Source of the DNA: Chiloscyllium plagiosum
Taxonomy: Eukaryota
DNA length: 64,000 nucleotides
Assembly: GCF_004010195.1 (NCBI RefSeq)
Contig: NC_057751.1
Span: 18,197,325-18,261,324, forward strand
Reading direction: 5' to 3'
The position numbers and the translations under genes are program-made. Shown here piece after piece: positions 1 to 12,450 of the stretch. The notes under the pieces were generated by a model. It worked only from the letters and a program-made list of their open reading frames with translations, did not search any database and was not told the origin of the DNA. Position 1 is the stretch's first letter. Each line of letters begins with the position of its first letter.

Positions 1-314
1 ACCTGGAGAGTGTCGGTTGGAAATCTGTCCGTCTAGAATTGAGGAAGTTTAAGCTCCCGTACTACCGAGACATCAATTTCAGCAAACATGGAACTTCGAT
101 TGCCTTCATACTCCAATGTGAAGGACCTATAAGGAGTCAGTAAGGTAGAACATAAATGAGTCAGAGAAGGTATGTAATTGCTTTGGACCTGAGATTCTCT
201 GGTGCATTGTCTCTGATACGGGTTTTTTTAAATGAATGTGTTAACATTATTCTATTTACCTGCTGGATTTGGATACCATTTCTTGTTCCTGCATTTGTGT
301 CATATCCTTTCTCC

Positions 315-990
315 TATAGATTCATAGAGCTGGACACTGGGAAACAGACCTTGCCGTGCAATTCCTCCATGACAAGCAGATATCCGAAATTAATCCAAGC
401 CCATTTGCCAGCATTTGGCTCATAACCCTCTTAAGGCTTCTTATTCATATAGCCATCCAAATGTCTTTTAAATGTTGTCATTGTACCAGCCTCCGACACT
501 TCTTCTGGCAGCACATCCCATGCATGCATCACCTTTCGTAAAAACAGTTGCACCATAGGTCTACTTTAAATCTATCCCCACTCAGCCAAAATCAATGGTG
601 TTTAGTATTGGACTACCTCAACCCCGTGGAAAAGATCCTGACAATTAACCTTAACCATGCCCTTCATGATTTTACGGCAATAGATATTTCGCCCCCAGCC
701 CCCTCCTAACCAGAACCTTACAATTAAGTGTATAATTTCTGCCTTCAATAGCCTTACCAAAATACAGCGCGTCACAATAATCTAAATTAAGCTTCATTTG
801 TAACTACTCGTTTATTGGCACATTTGATCAAGTTCCGGTTGTACTCTGAGGTGACCTTTTTCTCTGTCCACTGCGTCTCCAGTTTTGATGTATCCTGCAA
901 ATTTAATAACTATACCTGTATGTTCATATCCAAGTCATTTATGTAAATGGATTTAAAGCAGTGGATCCAGATCTGATCCATTTGTCACAC
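315..990 (-). mobile_element. CR1 LINE 3' fragment, degenerate
   Basis: The reverse complement carries the CR1 3' tail and RT C-terminal sequence similar to the better-preserved copy at 31223-32353. Confidence 0.75.
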
Positions 991-1429
991 GCTACCTCAG
1001 AACTCTTTTCTTCATTAGTTGGTAAATTGGATCGAGCAATCGAAGAAAGAGTCACCCGACACCAATCATTAACTTTATTGTTTCCCCCACAGATGCATGG
1101 AACCCGCTAAGATCCAACAGCAATTTCTACATTACGTCTTCAACCTTTTTTTAACATCCTGGCGAATCTCCTCTGTGCCCTCTCCGGTCCAGTCACATCC
1201 TCCTATTAGTTTGGTGACGAAAACAGCACACAGTATTACACCAGAGACCCAGCTAAAATCCTGTAAAGTTGTACCGAGAATTGTTTGCTCCGATATGCTG
1301 CATTGAGGCTCATGAAAACAAGCAACTAAGACCCCATCTCCAACCATGTATTCTTTTTCTCACACCTTCAGGGATCAATGGCCTTGTACAGCAAGGTCCC
1401 TTTGCTCGTCAGTACTCCCTGGGGACCAA

Positions 1430-1990
1430 TTGTGCAAAATACTTCCCTTATTACACCTCACGAAGTTCATCACTTAACTTAATTAAATCCTATCTGCCAT
1501 TGCTCTGTTCAATTTACGAGTTACTCAAGATCAGTATGCAGCCTGAGACGATCCTGCTCACGACCAACAACACCACCAATTTTCCTGTCACTTACTAATT
1601 AAACGTTCTGCGTTCCTATCGAAACAAGTCCTGTCTAAAAACAACAGCAAGGGACCGTGCACTGGTCCCTGAAGTGCACAATCGTCACAGGCTTTTACTG
1701 ACAAGAAACAAAACAAGCATTCCCTATCACAATTTCCCTGTGACTGGGTAGTCAATTTTGGATGTAGTTGCCAACTTGCGTTATATTCCGACGGCTCTTA
1801 CGTTTTGGACCACTATTCTACATGGGACGTTGTCGAAGGCCTTTCTGAATTTCCTGTAAATCATATCCAATGAACCACGCTAATTACCATATTGAGTCAA
1901 CATTAACAGAAACACAATTAAAGTAGTCGCAACATCACCGTCTCACACCTCTGTTGAACATATTTCATCAATCGCTGCCTTTTGAATTTT
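1430..1990 (-). mobile_element. CR1 RT fragment, highly degenerate
   Basis: Recognisable remnants of the DF.KAFD.VPH and PQG.VLGPLLF coding sequence on the minus strand. Confidence 0.55.
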
Positions 1991-2933
1991 TACTTCAAAC
2001 TCTCCTTCAAAGCATGCTTGCTTAACAGGGAATTCATCCAAAATTCACCAGACATATTCCTGGAATATTTGGGATTATCGATGAGGAGACTGGATTTTCG
2101 TGAGTTTAGAAGAATAAGCGACATAGCCCTCGAAGTCTACAAACTTTAAAAAGGGATGGATAGTACATTCAGTTGGAGGATTCCCTGGCTGGGTGGTTTT
2201 GGAGACATAAAATGCTCCATGCAAATAATTTCGAGCTTGCATGAGGACGAAACTTTTAACTAGGTCGCAATGAATCATTGACATTCTCTCCACCAGTGAC
2301 TCGTGAAAGTTGAATCATTAAGTAATATCAAGGCAGAGATAGTTGATATGTAGTTATTAATGACGTGAAGGAACATGAAGCATGACAGTAGATGAACAGC
2401 CATGATTGTAAATTGAGGCATCATTTTGAAGAATCAGAGCTTGCTCTGCTGGGGACCACATGACGTATCTCCGTCCTGTCTGAACAATTATTCAACTGTT
2501 CCTATCCGTATCTAACCCACAGCTTCAAAGTCCATTCTACCATGGCACTACAACAGATGGCTTGCAGTTTACGGACTTCCTTGCAGCTTAAGGATATAGT
2601 CACTAATTTTCCAAAATACAGCTTTAAATTTATAACTTTCTAGTGTCGACCAAACGACTGTTTTAGGACAAATATCTTCATTAATTTCTTTCTTCAGCAG
2701 ACTTCGAATCTGGCCAGAGTAAATACGTCATTTTGTTTCCTGGATTAGAAGGTACTGTTTTTTAATCATTGTCACCGACATAAAACTCTATGGATAATAA
2801 TTGTGCAAGGGGAGGGAGTCTCTCTTTAATTGATATAGCATATCTTTCAATATATTTGACAGAGTGTCAGTGGTAGCACAGTAAAGAAGAGACAAAGTGA
2901 TTTTAGCTCGTGACCTAAGAATAGTAAATTCAA

Positions 2934-3205
2934 ACAAAGGATTTGACTCTGACAACACTAGATTGCACTGGCACAAGAATAGATTGGAATCAAAGATTAT
3001 TCGATTGTCATGATCCAACAATGATTCTGGATGTGAAAGCAATAGATTGCAATTGGACAGCAACAGTTCAGAATGTGAACACAATCAGTTGAATGGTCAA
3101 ATCATGCAAATTGCCTTCAGATGGGACCAACACATCGCATCAGCAGAATCGTTCAGATGATTCAATTCGTTTACCATCCCATACTTTTATTTGCTGGTGC
3201 ACTTG
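2934..3205 (+). pseudogene. Putative exon 1 remnant of a GPR139-like pseudogene (heptad-repeat N-terminus + first half of TM1)
   Basis: 3121-3205 translates MGPTHRISRIVQMIQFVYHPILLFAGAL+G, which is phase 1 and ends at G|GCGATT (GC or decayed donor). It is preceded by seven 21-nt repeats in another frame that end in a stop at 3090-3092. Confidence 0.6.
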
Positions 3206-4438
3206 GCGATTTCTTTAAATTTCTAATTATTTTTGGCATTTAGTATGTATCCCTTGCTGCTGTTGATGTTTCTAGTGTTCATTCAATAAATACCATTGTT
3301 AAATGCATGTGCTTTTAATTTACTCTCTGCACTGTGCTACTCTGCACTACTCTCGTATGTCTAACAAATCTCTGAGAACCAAAATTCGGTGTGTAAACCA
3401 TGCGAATTTAGTTTTCTTTCAAGGATGAGTGACTTACTATTGTAATGCATATGCTGTTGTAGACTTTTATCGATATAAAACAAAGCTTTTTTCTCCTATT
3501 CGTTGCAAACCTATTTGTTTAATCAATAACTATATTATAGAGCCACGGTATTGGTGCACCTCTGATGTTTCATCCACTTCCAAGTTACTTGTCACAAACA
3601 CATGCTTGCGTTATCCCAATTCCTACTCTTACTGCTAGTTCCTGCATTCTCATTCCAACTTTCCTAAGAGCAAGCCCCGAGGCTGAGGGAAAGACAGTGG
3701 TTTGAAGATACCTGGAGCACAAAGCAGTCTTGACATTTTGAGTCTGATATGATAATTCTTCCCATTCTTGACAACTATGTCACGTTGTTACATTTTGTAA
3801 TTATATCCTGGGCATTGTTTATGAAGTTTATTTGCAATAACGAAGATTGAAATGTAGAAAATGCAAATGTAGGAATCAAGAGCCAGTGTAGGCTATTCAG
3901 TCCCTTGATATTTTTCTGATAATGTGCTGCCTTCTCCTTTTTAGAGAGCTGGAGTGCTGGGTTTGGAAATTATCGCCTGAGGTGTATTTTTGAGTTTCCA
4001 CAGGACTCTTGTGGTACATACTGCACTAATTAATATTACAGATGGAAGGAATAAATGTTTACATTGTTAGCTATGATCAAACATCGTTGACCACATTGTA
4101 CTGGATGACATACATTCAACCGACTTTGAATTATTTCATTCATTTCCTGATGACAGAAAGTAGCTTAGACCCCTGTGCAAGAGTGCAAGTACTCACTAAC
4201 AGAATCTTCATGAGAAGAAATTAAAGGAAGTGTCTTAGTATTTTTCCAACACTCCTGTACTGGATAATTGGTTACTGATCTGATGAGGGAGGACGTGGGA
4301 GTTTATGGTGCAGTGTCTTTATTCAAAATTAAAACAGGAGTACTCAGTAAACATCAGGGGAAGAACATGAGCGACAACGTTAAAAATAACACAACACCAG
4401 GTTGCAGTCCAGCAGCTTCAGTTGGAAGTATCAACTGT

Positions 4439-4752
4439 GGGCGGCACGGTGGCACAGTGGTTAGCACTGCTGCCTCGCAGCGCCAGAGACCCGGGTTCAA
4501 TTCCCGACTCAGGCGACTGACTGTGTGGAGTTTGCATGTTCTCCCCGTGTCTGCGTGGGTTTCCTCCGGGTGCTCCGGTTTCCTCCCACAGTCCAAAGAT
4601 GTGCAGGTCAGGTGAATTGGCCATGCTAAATTGCCCGTAGTGTTAGGTATAGGGGTAAATGTAGGGGTATGGGTGGGTTGCGCTTCGGCGGGTCGGTGTG
4701 GACTTGTTGGGCCGAAGGGCCTGTTTCCATACTGTAATGTAATCTAATCTAA
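4439..4752 (+). mobile_element. HE1-type tRNA-derived V-SINE, full length, in the intron of the first GPCR pseudogene
   Basis: Pol III A box TGGCACAGTGG (4450-4460) and B box GGTTCAATTCC (4494-4504). V-domain core GTGTGGAGTTTGCATGTTCTCCCCGTGTCTGCGTGGGTTTCCTCCGGGTGCTCCGGTTTCCTCCCACAGTCCAAAGA, a CR1-derived tail and an (AATCT)n end. Confidence 0.93.
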
Positions 4753-5245
4753 AAAACTTCGAGATTGCTGCTCCTTCATCGGGTTACAAAGCAAGTTACA
4801 GAAAAATGGCGTAATTCAGCACGGAGACAACTCCTTCAGCCCAACCAGTCCATGCTGAATGTTGTCCACTATTTACCCAGACTACCTGTCTGCTCCGAGC
4901 CAATATCCCTCCAAATGTTTCCAATTCATGCATCTATTCAAATGTCATTTGGACGCTGTAATTTGGGACACTAATCACGACTGACATATTGTGGTTTTAC
5001 ATCAATCCTTCAGCTTAGCTCTCGTGATTTTTAACATTTGTTTCAATATTCACACCAATTGTAAGGAAGCTTTTGGGCCTACAGTAATGTTTAAGTTGTT
5101 TTATATTTTGATTTCATGAACAGATAAAGTGCGACAGTGATCGTTAGCTTCTGCAGATGACCTCATGATTGTTTCACGGATATATAATCAGTATTTCCTT
5201 GACTCCGACCAGAGTCGATAAGTTAATTGTTCCATGTATTCTCAG

Positions 5246-6142
5246 CTAATAACTACCTATTGCATTCCTGTCCCGGGAATGTGTGGTTACTATCATCGAG
5301 TCACTTACTACCAGGTGACCGTGGAAAACGCAGATCTTCTGGTCATTATCTTTGACCTCGTTTTGGGACACATTCCATTCTGTGTAAGGAAAAGATACAT
5401 TTCTACACGCCATTCCTCTGTGTAATATCCATGTTGTCCTTATTTATGCTGCGACTGACTGCTGTGTCTTGTTTACTGTCACTTTTACCTCTGATCGATT
5501 TGACGATATTTGTTGCACAAATTTGAAAAGTAAATATTGCAATGTTAAAGAAGCAGCTGAGTTGCTGGGTCCAGTTACTGCACTAAGCTGCTTGAAGAGC
5601 TTCGTTTGCTATTTTAAATTTAGAGGTCAGTATAAAAAGAGGAACAGACCATGGATTTGTTGGATGATAAGTGACTTCACGTTTTCTTCAGTCAGGAGGA
5701 ACAATTGAGTTCTTTCATTATTTACAAACATTTGGAGTTTCCTGTATTCCTATTCTGTTCATCAGTGCTTTAATGGTTACACACATTATCGTGAATAACA
5801 AAGCACGTCAAAGACGCCACTACTACAGCAACAGAAAGAGTGCAGACTTCCCGAGAGGACGAGTCAAAGAAATGCCATCACTTTACAGGTTCTTACCTCA
5901 GAGAATTTCATTCTGATCTACTCTGTATCAGTGGCATATTCTATAAATTGGCGAAAGGTATGTTTGGGATATAAGACTGTATGTCTACCTCTGTTTCAAG
6001 GAACTGTTGCAAATGTATCCAGATGATCAGTTTCCGCACAAACACGCTGATTTATCTTGTGACACGCCCAACCTTCATTGAGCAATTGAAAAACGTGGTG
6101 ACCTATTTCTTTACTCCAATTCTCAAATACATTAAACATTGA
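5246..6142 (+). pseudogene. Exon 2 of a frameshifted GPR139-like GPCR pseudogene
   Basis: Acceptor TATTCTCAG|CT AAT. Fragments in different frames are collinear with the intact receptor: GMCG..VTYYQVTVENADLLVIIFDLVL; IPLCNIHVVLIYAATDCCVLFTVTFTSDRFDDICCTNLKSKYC; RPWICW; TIEFFHYLQTFGVSCIPILFISALMVTHII; RNAITLQVLTSENFIL; RTNTLIYLVTRPTFIEQLKNVVTYFFTPILKYIKH* (TGA 6140-6142). At least four frameshifts. Confidence 0.9.
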
Positions 6143-6689
6143 GACTGACTAAAGACTTGCATCATCCCGAATCCATAGTACATTCTTTCTGGTGCAATCC
6201 AAATACCCTGGCTTCCGGTCAAGGGACACTTTTGGTTCGAACTTATATCTCCTACACTACAACCTGTGATTTTATCCATCCATTATGGTCCTGCTACCTG
6301 CGCTGATGCACTTGCTTGCCTTCCTTTTCTCCAAGTGCTTGTGACTGATGTGGTATATGCTGACGTAAGTTAGATCGAGTCGCAGGAGTAGTATCTATTC
6401 AAGTTGGGCTATTCAAGCCTGATCGAAACATGATAAAATGTCATCAAGCTTGATGTTGGGAACCATCATCATGAACCTGGTATCTTGAAATCAGAAAACT
6501 GAAATAGAGATCCATGCAAGCCCTGTCGGTTTCCATCGACTGGAGAAGAAAGTGAAAAGTTAACATGAGAAAAAAACGCAGTAACTGTCATTTCTTCAAT
6601 AATTAAAATTATATGTGCCACTAAGACCGTCTATAATGTGGTCAATATACAGTCAGTGACTAACTTCGTATTGTAAAGATCGTATCTTT

Positions 6690-7830
6690 ATATGGAGCAT
6701 ATTCAAGGAACAGCTACTGCGTGTCTTTGATAAGTATATACCTGTAAGCCGAGGTCGGAAGGGTTGGAGTGAGACGTAGTTAACTAAGAATGTTGAATCT
6801 CTTGTCAAGAGGAGAGTGAAGGGTTATGTTAGGATGAGACCTAAAGGCTCAGTTAGGGCGGTGGAGAGTTACAAGTTAGCCATGAAAGACCCAAAAAGAC
6901 AGGTAAGAAGAGCCAAAAGGGGACTTGAGAAGGCGTTGGCAGATAGGATCAAAGATAACCCTAAAGCTTTATTGTGGTATTTCAGGAATAAAAGAATAAC
7001 AAAAGAAACATTAGGGTCAATCAAACAAATACTGGATAGCTGTGCGTGGAGTCCGAGGAGGCAAGGAAAGCACTGGAAAAGGATAATGTTTTCAAGGAGA
7101 ATACTGAGATACAGACTTACAGTATTGAGCTTCACAAGGAGGACGTGTTATCAATTCTGGAAAGTGTGGAATTAGATATGTCCCCTGGGTAGGAAGGGAT
7201 GTATCCTCGGATTACCTGGGAAGCCAGGGAGCAGATTGGAGATCGTTTCACTTTGATCTTGATTTCGTCATTGTCTAACAGAATAGTGCAAGAATGCTGT
7301 TGGATAGCAAATGTTGTCCCCTTGTTCAAAAGGGAGTAGAAACAACCTGGTAATTATAGATCAGTGAACCTGACTTCGATTGTGGGTAAAATATTGGGGA
7401 AAAGTATCGGAGTTAGGATTTATAATCATCGAGAGAGCGTCAAGTTGATTGGACAGAATCAACACGGGTTTGTGAAGGCTAGGTCATGCCTCACAAACCT
7501 TATGGATTGTTTTGAGATGATCACCAAGCAGGTGCATGAGGGTAAAGCGGTTGATGTGGCTCATATGGACTTCAGTAAGGCGTTTGATAAGGTTCTCCAC
7601 GGTAAGCTATTAAACAAAATACGGAGGCACTGGACTAAAGTTGAATCAATGGTTTAGATCAGAAATATTCTGTCTGAAAGAAGATAGATGTTAGTGTTTG
7701 ATGGAAAATGTTCATCTGGAATTCAATTATGCGTGGTGTACTGCAAGGATCTGTTTGGGATCACTGCTGTTTGTCATTTTTGCACATTATCTAGATGAGG
7801 GCGTAGACGGATGGGTTATTAAAATTGAGT
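6690..7830 (+). mobile_element. CR1 LINE ORF2 fragment (EN-RT tether and RT), decayed
   Basis: ORF pieces ALADRIKDNPKALLWYFRNKR and QHGFVKARSCLTNLMDCFE..VDVAHMDFSKAFDKVLHGKLL. Confidence 0.9.
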
Positions 7831-8429
7831 ATGAGTATGATTCAATGCACTGAATTCTACAAAGTAGATTGTTAAAAAGATCTACCAGGAACATCAATAG
7901 TGGCGAGAATAGTGTTGTATAATTTAGCGAACATTTGCCTAGGAAGATGCACTTTTTAAAAAGAAATTCTGAAACAATATCTGCCTTCCTGCTGCAGGCA
8001 ATCCCTCAGAATTGGAGAATTTTAGCGGAATTGTTGACGAAACAGGTCAGAGAGGATACTTTATGTTGTGTGTTAACTCCAATAGGAACCTTTGATTTTA
8101 TTGTAATTTTTATTTTGAATTAAGCAAAAAAATATAAAAGTAACGCCAGGTTTTTACTTATAGTGTGGTGTGTCACATTTAGGTTTAAATTAGTATTTGA
8201 ATACCCCACGGAAACGAGTATCCTGATCCTGATCCTCAAATGTTAATTGCAGTTTGTCTCCAAGCAGCATCAATTATTACATATGTCCAGCTCCTTGAGA
8301 GAGCTTTTTTTTTTGTTGTTACACGCTTAATTTTGCCTTTCTACGTGAGGATTTAACTTTTCCACAAGTTCAATTACTAACGGTTTGAAATTGATCTTGG
8401 AAGCCAAACTTATGGATCAACTCATGATC

Positions 8430-10375
8430 ATCAGTCATTTCAGCTATAATTGATCAGACAGTGGACACAATCAGGAGCGGATAGATTACAAAGCAGATGT
8501 CATTGGATCTGTTAAATTCACTGAGTTACATGAGAGAGATGAAAATTTAAAGCAATTTTATCAAAAGCCATACACAGAAAAATAATCCGAATCTACCTCT
8601 GAAAGTAAGGTTTTCGTGATAAATGGCGGCCATCCCAAGATGTGTAGGTCAGGTGAATTGGCTATGCTAAATTGCCCATAGTGTTAGGTGCGTTTTGTCA
8701 GTGGGAAATGGGTCTGGGTGGGTTGCTTTTTGGAGGGTCGGTGTGGACTCGTTGGGCTGAAGGGCTGTTGACACACTGAAAGGAATCTAATCAAATCTAA
8801 TCTAATCATATCTTCCGGCAGATGAGAACTGGACAGAAGCTCATGAATCGTATTGCCAGGATCTAACAGAAAAGAGATGTTGCGAATAGCGCATGAGCAA
8901 CACCGAGGGGATGTTTTTGGAGTGAGAAAAACTTATGCTAAAGCACAAAAGTAATTTTATTGTCCTGCACTGCCAAGGATGTTGTCCAATTTTCCCAGAT
9001 AAGTCATGTATTTCAGCTCATTGGAAGACCGCAGGCAGTAATAAAACTTGCATCTTCAATACCGATTTCTGCATTTGAGGAACCTTTCTTCAAGATTCTT
9101 AATGATTGTGTGGAATCCCTACCCAAAACAAAATCAGTAATTGTTAGCAATATAGGATTTTTACACTAGATTTCCAGAGGCCTTTCCATTCTGCAATATC
9201 ACAGATAAAAGGATTGTAGAGGACTCAAATATTACATTAGTTATGGACTATCCAGAGAGATACAATGAGATCAAGCGTTAATTTTCACATCGAACATATG
9301 CAAGGAGGTTATATACAGCTTAGGAATAAAACAACTCGAATCTACTACTTACCATCCAGAATTGCAGGGAACGTGAGGAAAGTGATATCAGATATTAAAG
9401 GCCATGTTGAGTGCTGATAGTCAAGATTATCCAGATGATTGGATAATGCAATTGCTTTTGTAGTTTTTGTGATCAGAGTGAATCGACAAAATACAGTCCA
9501 GTTGAATTAGTTTATGGGTAGGAGGTGAGATGACCATTGAATTTGATTCAGAGAAAAATTGTAGGTTGGAATTCAGAGACTATACATGTTTGGATGATGT
9601 GCCAAATATTGGGGAACGATGAAATAGAGCACGGAAAATCACTTGACAGAATTCAAAACTCGCAGAGCACACAATGAATCAGAAAGCAGACATGAAGTTA
9701 TAATTAGAACAAGCATTTATCAGATTTGTTCGATCCACTAAGAAGACAGAATTACTTATAAAACTGTCTGAATGTGAATTTGCCAGAGCCCAAGTTACCA
9801 TCTTGGGCCATCTTGTTGGATATTGACAAATGACTCCAAGGAACGCACATTCAAAGATAATGGGCGAGTTTCCCATAAGATCAACAAAAGGAGCAGTCTT
9901 ACCGCTCCGACGATTGAATGTATTTTCTCAAAGAAACGTAATGGCTTTAGCAGTGTTGTTTCTCCACTTACTGAATTGCTAAACAAAGGCAAGAGCTTTC
10001 AGTGGACAGCGAACTCTCACAAGGCACTTGACAGCCTGAAAGGATTATTAACCACTACTCCAGTATGAGCCACACCTAATGAAGTAAACACATTCAAGAT
10101 GGCTATCGATGGAACTAATACAGGTATCAATGTTGTGCTCTTGCAGGAAGACGAGCAGAAGATAGAAAGACTACGGGGTTTTTCTGCAGGAAATTGAAGT
10201 TCATCTGCAGAAATGTTTGACAGTTGAGCAGTGGACTTTGAGCTTGGTATTGGCGTTACAACTTTGCATCTTTATGTTACCAATAATGCCTCTGAGACAA
10301 TTTTATGTACTGACGATATTCTATTGAAGTTCGTGGAGGAATTTAAGGACTGATATGCCAGACTGCTTGGATGAT
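8430..10375 (+). mobile_element. Gypsy (Gmr1-type) LTR-retrotransposon pol remnant: integrase followed by RT end and RNase H, with an internal deletion
   Basis: Integrase remnants LRIAHE..GVRKT, IPISAFEEPFFKILNDCVESLPKTKS and STTYHPELQG (about 8870-9560) lie upstream of the RT/RH remnants CEFARAQVTILGH, FSSVVSPLTELLNKGKSFQWT and KMAIDG..VVLLQEDE (about 9770-10370). Confidence 0.88.
8638..8807 (+). mobile_element. 5'-truncated HE1-type SINE inserted in the Gmr1 remnant
   Basis: GATGTGTAGGTCAGGTGAATTGGCTATGCTAAATTGCCC ... (AATCT)n, matching the 3' half of 4439-4752. Confidence 0.85.
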
Positions 10376-10705
10376 TAAGAGGAGACACGAGGGAAAAAGT
10401 ATTCAACCAGCAAGTAGTGAAAATCTGGCACGTATTACATTAGGGTGGTGAAGCCAGCCGCCACAAGTAAACATTGCGGTGAGTTTTAAAGTGTACTTGT
10501 GACGCCAGGACATAAAGTGCTATGATGTAAGTATAACAAATCGGTTTACTATTGCTAGCTGATTTGTTTTGAATGCCATAGAACGGACGGGCTGACATCT
10601 CCCAGCAGATATGTGCTTACACACGATAAATAAAGGTTGTTTTACTTCAGGACATATGTCGAACGAACAAATACCTACAGGTTGAGTCAGAGGAATACCA
10701 AGGTG

Positions 10706-10708
<3 letters not shown>

Positions 10709-10745
<37 letters not shown>
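10709..10745. repeat. (AG)n microsatellite
   Basis: Perfect AG dinucleotide run. Confidence 0.98.
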
Positions 10746-10752
<7 letters not shown>

Positions 10753-10969
10753 AAGAGGCAGAATGAGGCATTATGTCAGGGAAAGAGGACTAGAATTCTC
10801 AAAACCTAAAAATGTTTGAATCTATGAGCACGATCTTTTGGAAGCACTCACACTAATGGGATGAGAACAGTGTACTTGAATTTTACAACTGGTGGCAAGG
10901 ATTTCTATCCGTAATTCCACCATCTTATTGCAAACTGCCATGGACCATCCTGAAAGTTAAGCGTCTATC

Positions 10970-11500
10970 ATAGAATTAAAGAGTCATAGAGATAGACAGC
11001 ATAAAAGCACACTGTTCAGTCCAACTCATCCTTGCTAACCAGATATCCTAGATAAATTTACTTCCATTTGCCAGCATTTGATGCATTCTCTCTCAACACT
11101 TCCTATGTATATAACCAGCTAAATGCTTTTAAACGTTGTCTATGTACCAGCCTTCACGCTTCTTCTGACATCTCATACATGCATCATCCTCTGCATGAAA
11201 AACATTGCGCCTGAGGTCCCTTTTAAGTCTTTCCCCATACGTCCTAAATCTGTGCCCTCCAGTGTTGAGCAGTGTCACTTCAGGAAAATATCTTGTATAT
11301 TTATCCTACCAATGCTCCTCATGATTTTATAAATCTCTACAGGGTCACTTGTAACATCCGACGTTTCACGTAAAGTAGCCCCGTTCTCTTCAGACTCTGC
11401 CTATAGCGCATTTTCTCCAAATCTGCGCCATTCATATATGCCTTTACTGAACCGTTTCAATTTCAGAACATTTATCCTATCGCAAGCAGAGCAGAATTGC
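10970..11500 (-). mobile_element. CR1 LINE 3' end, degenerate
   Basis: The reverse complement shows the CTCTATGACT tail and the RT C-terminal region, similar to 315-990 and 31223-32353. Confidence 0.75.
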
Positions 11501-11693
11501 AATCACATTTAATGCTAAGGTCGACAATTCTTTTTGGAAAACTGACGAAATTAATGGATATGGTGAAAATAAGGAAATGTGGAGCTCAGTCCAAGAAAAA
11601 AAAAGTTACCCATGTTCTTAATGAGTGATGAAACAAGGTCGAAGTGCCAGAAGACCTACACCTCTTCTTCATCCTTTTGTTATGTTCTTATGG

Positions 11694-12450
11694 CTACAAT
11701 GTAAAAGCGAACACAGTGGTTGCAGATGCCGAGACTGACCAATAGGTGGCAATAGACACAATCCCACAACGAGAGAACTGAATCACTGCCTTAATCTCAA
11801 AACCGACGAAATCAGACAGAAGAAGACAAAAATTCCAAAAAAATGAAACCAGACGAGTCCAACACATCACACTTCTATGGACTACCAAAATTCACAAATT
11901 AGGAGCGTCCTCCCCACCCCTGACCCAGAGTCTCACTACAGGGAATACTAGTGTACAGACTAGCAAAGGAAATGCAAACAGGTAAAACACTTAATAGAGG
12001 ACTGACGTCACTCCATTCACTCCATCCAAGAATTCTTGAACACCATCAAAAACACCAAGACAGAAGAGTATAAAATAATGATCCACCTCTGACATAACAG
12101 CCCTATTCACATCTATCAACATCAACCTGGCTAAAGAAACAGTGAATACACGATTAGAAGAACCAGAGACACAAAGACCAGACACTGCCAACTCCATAAA
12201 ACAAAGAAAATATCGTCAAAATAGTACATCTATGCCTGCCCACACGCTTCACGTTCATTAACAGGAACCTCATGAAAACCAACGGACCACACATCTGATC
12301 ACCCATTTGAGCGTTCCTAAACGAAGCAGTCACTTTGAGAGTCGAACAAACAGCGAAGGGTACCATCTAACCCAAAAGTTTGGTCTGCTACGTGGGTGAC
12401 ACCTTTATAACCACTAAACGAAACAAAATAGAGGAAATCTTCAAGAGCAT
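11694..12450 (+). mobile_element. Penelope-like element, 5' part (RT), interrupted by a CR1
   Basis: Remnants FYGLPKIHK, DITALFTSININLAKETV and WVCYVGDTF-like, collinear with the minus-strand Penelope at 41262-43477. Confidence 0.85.

Noticed and set aside
2788..3084. 98-aa minus-strand ORF with leucine heptads (LRR or zipper-like)
   Set aside because: It is the antisense shadow of the 21-nt repeats belonging to the plus-strand GPCR pseudogene exon.
4439..4510. tRNA gene
   Set aside because: The A and B boxes belong to the HE1 SINE head. It continues into the V-domain and no full cloverleaf is evident.
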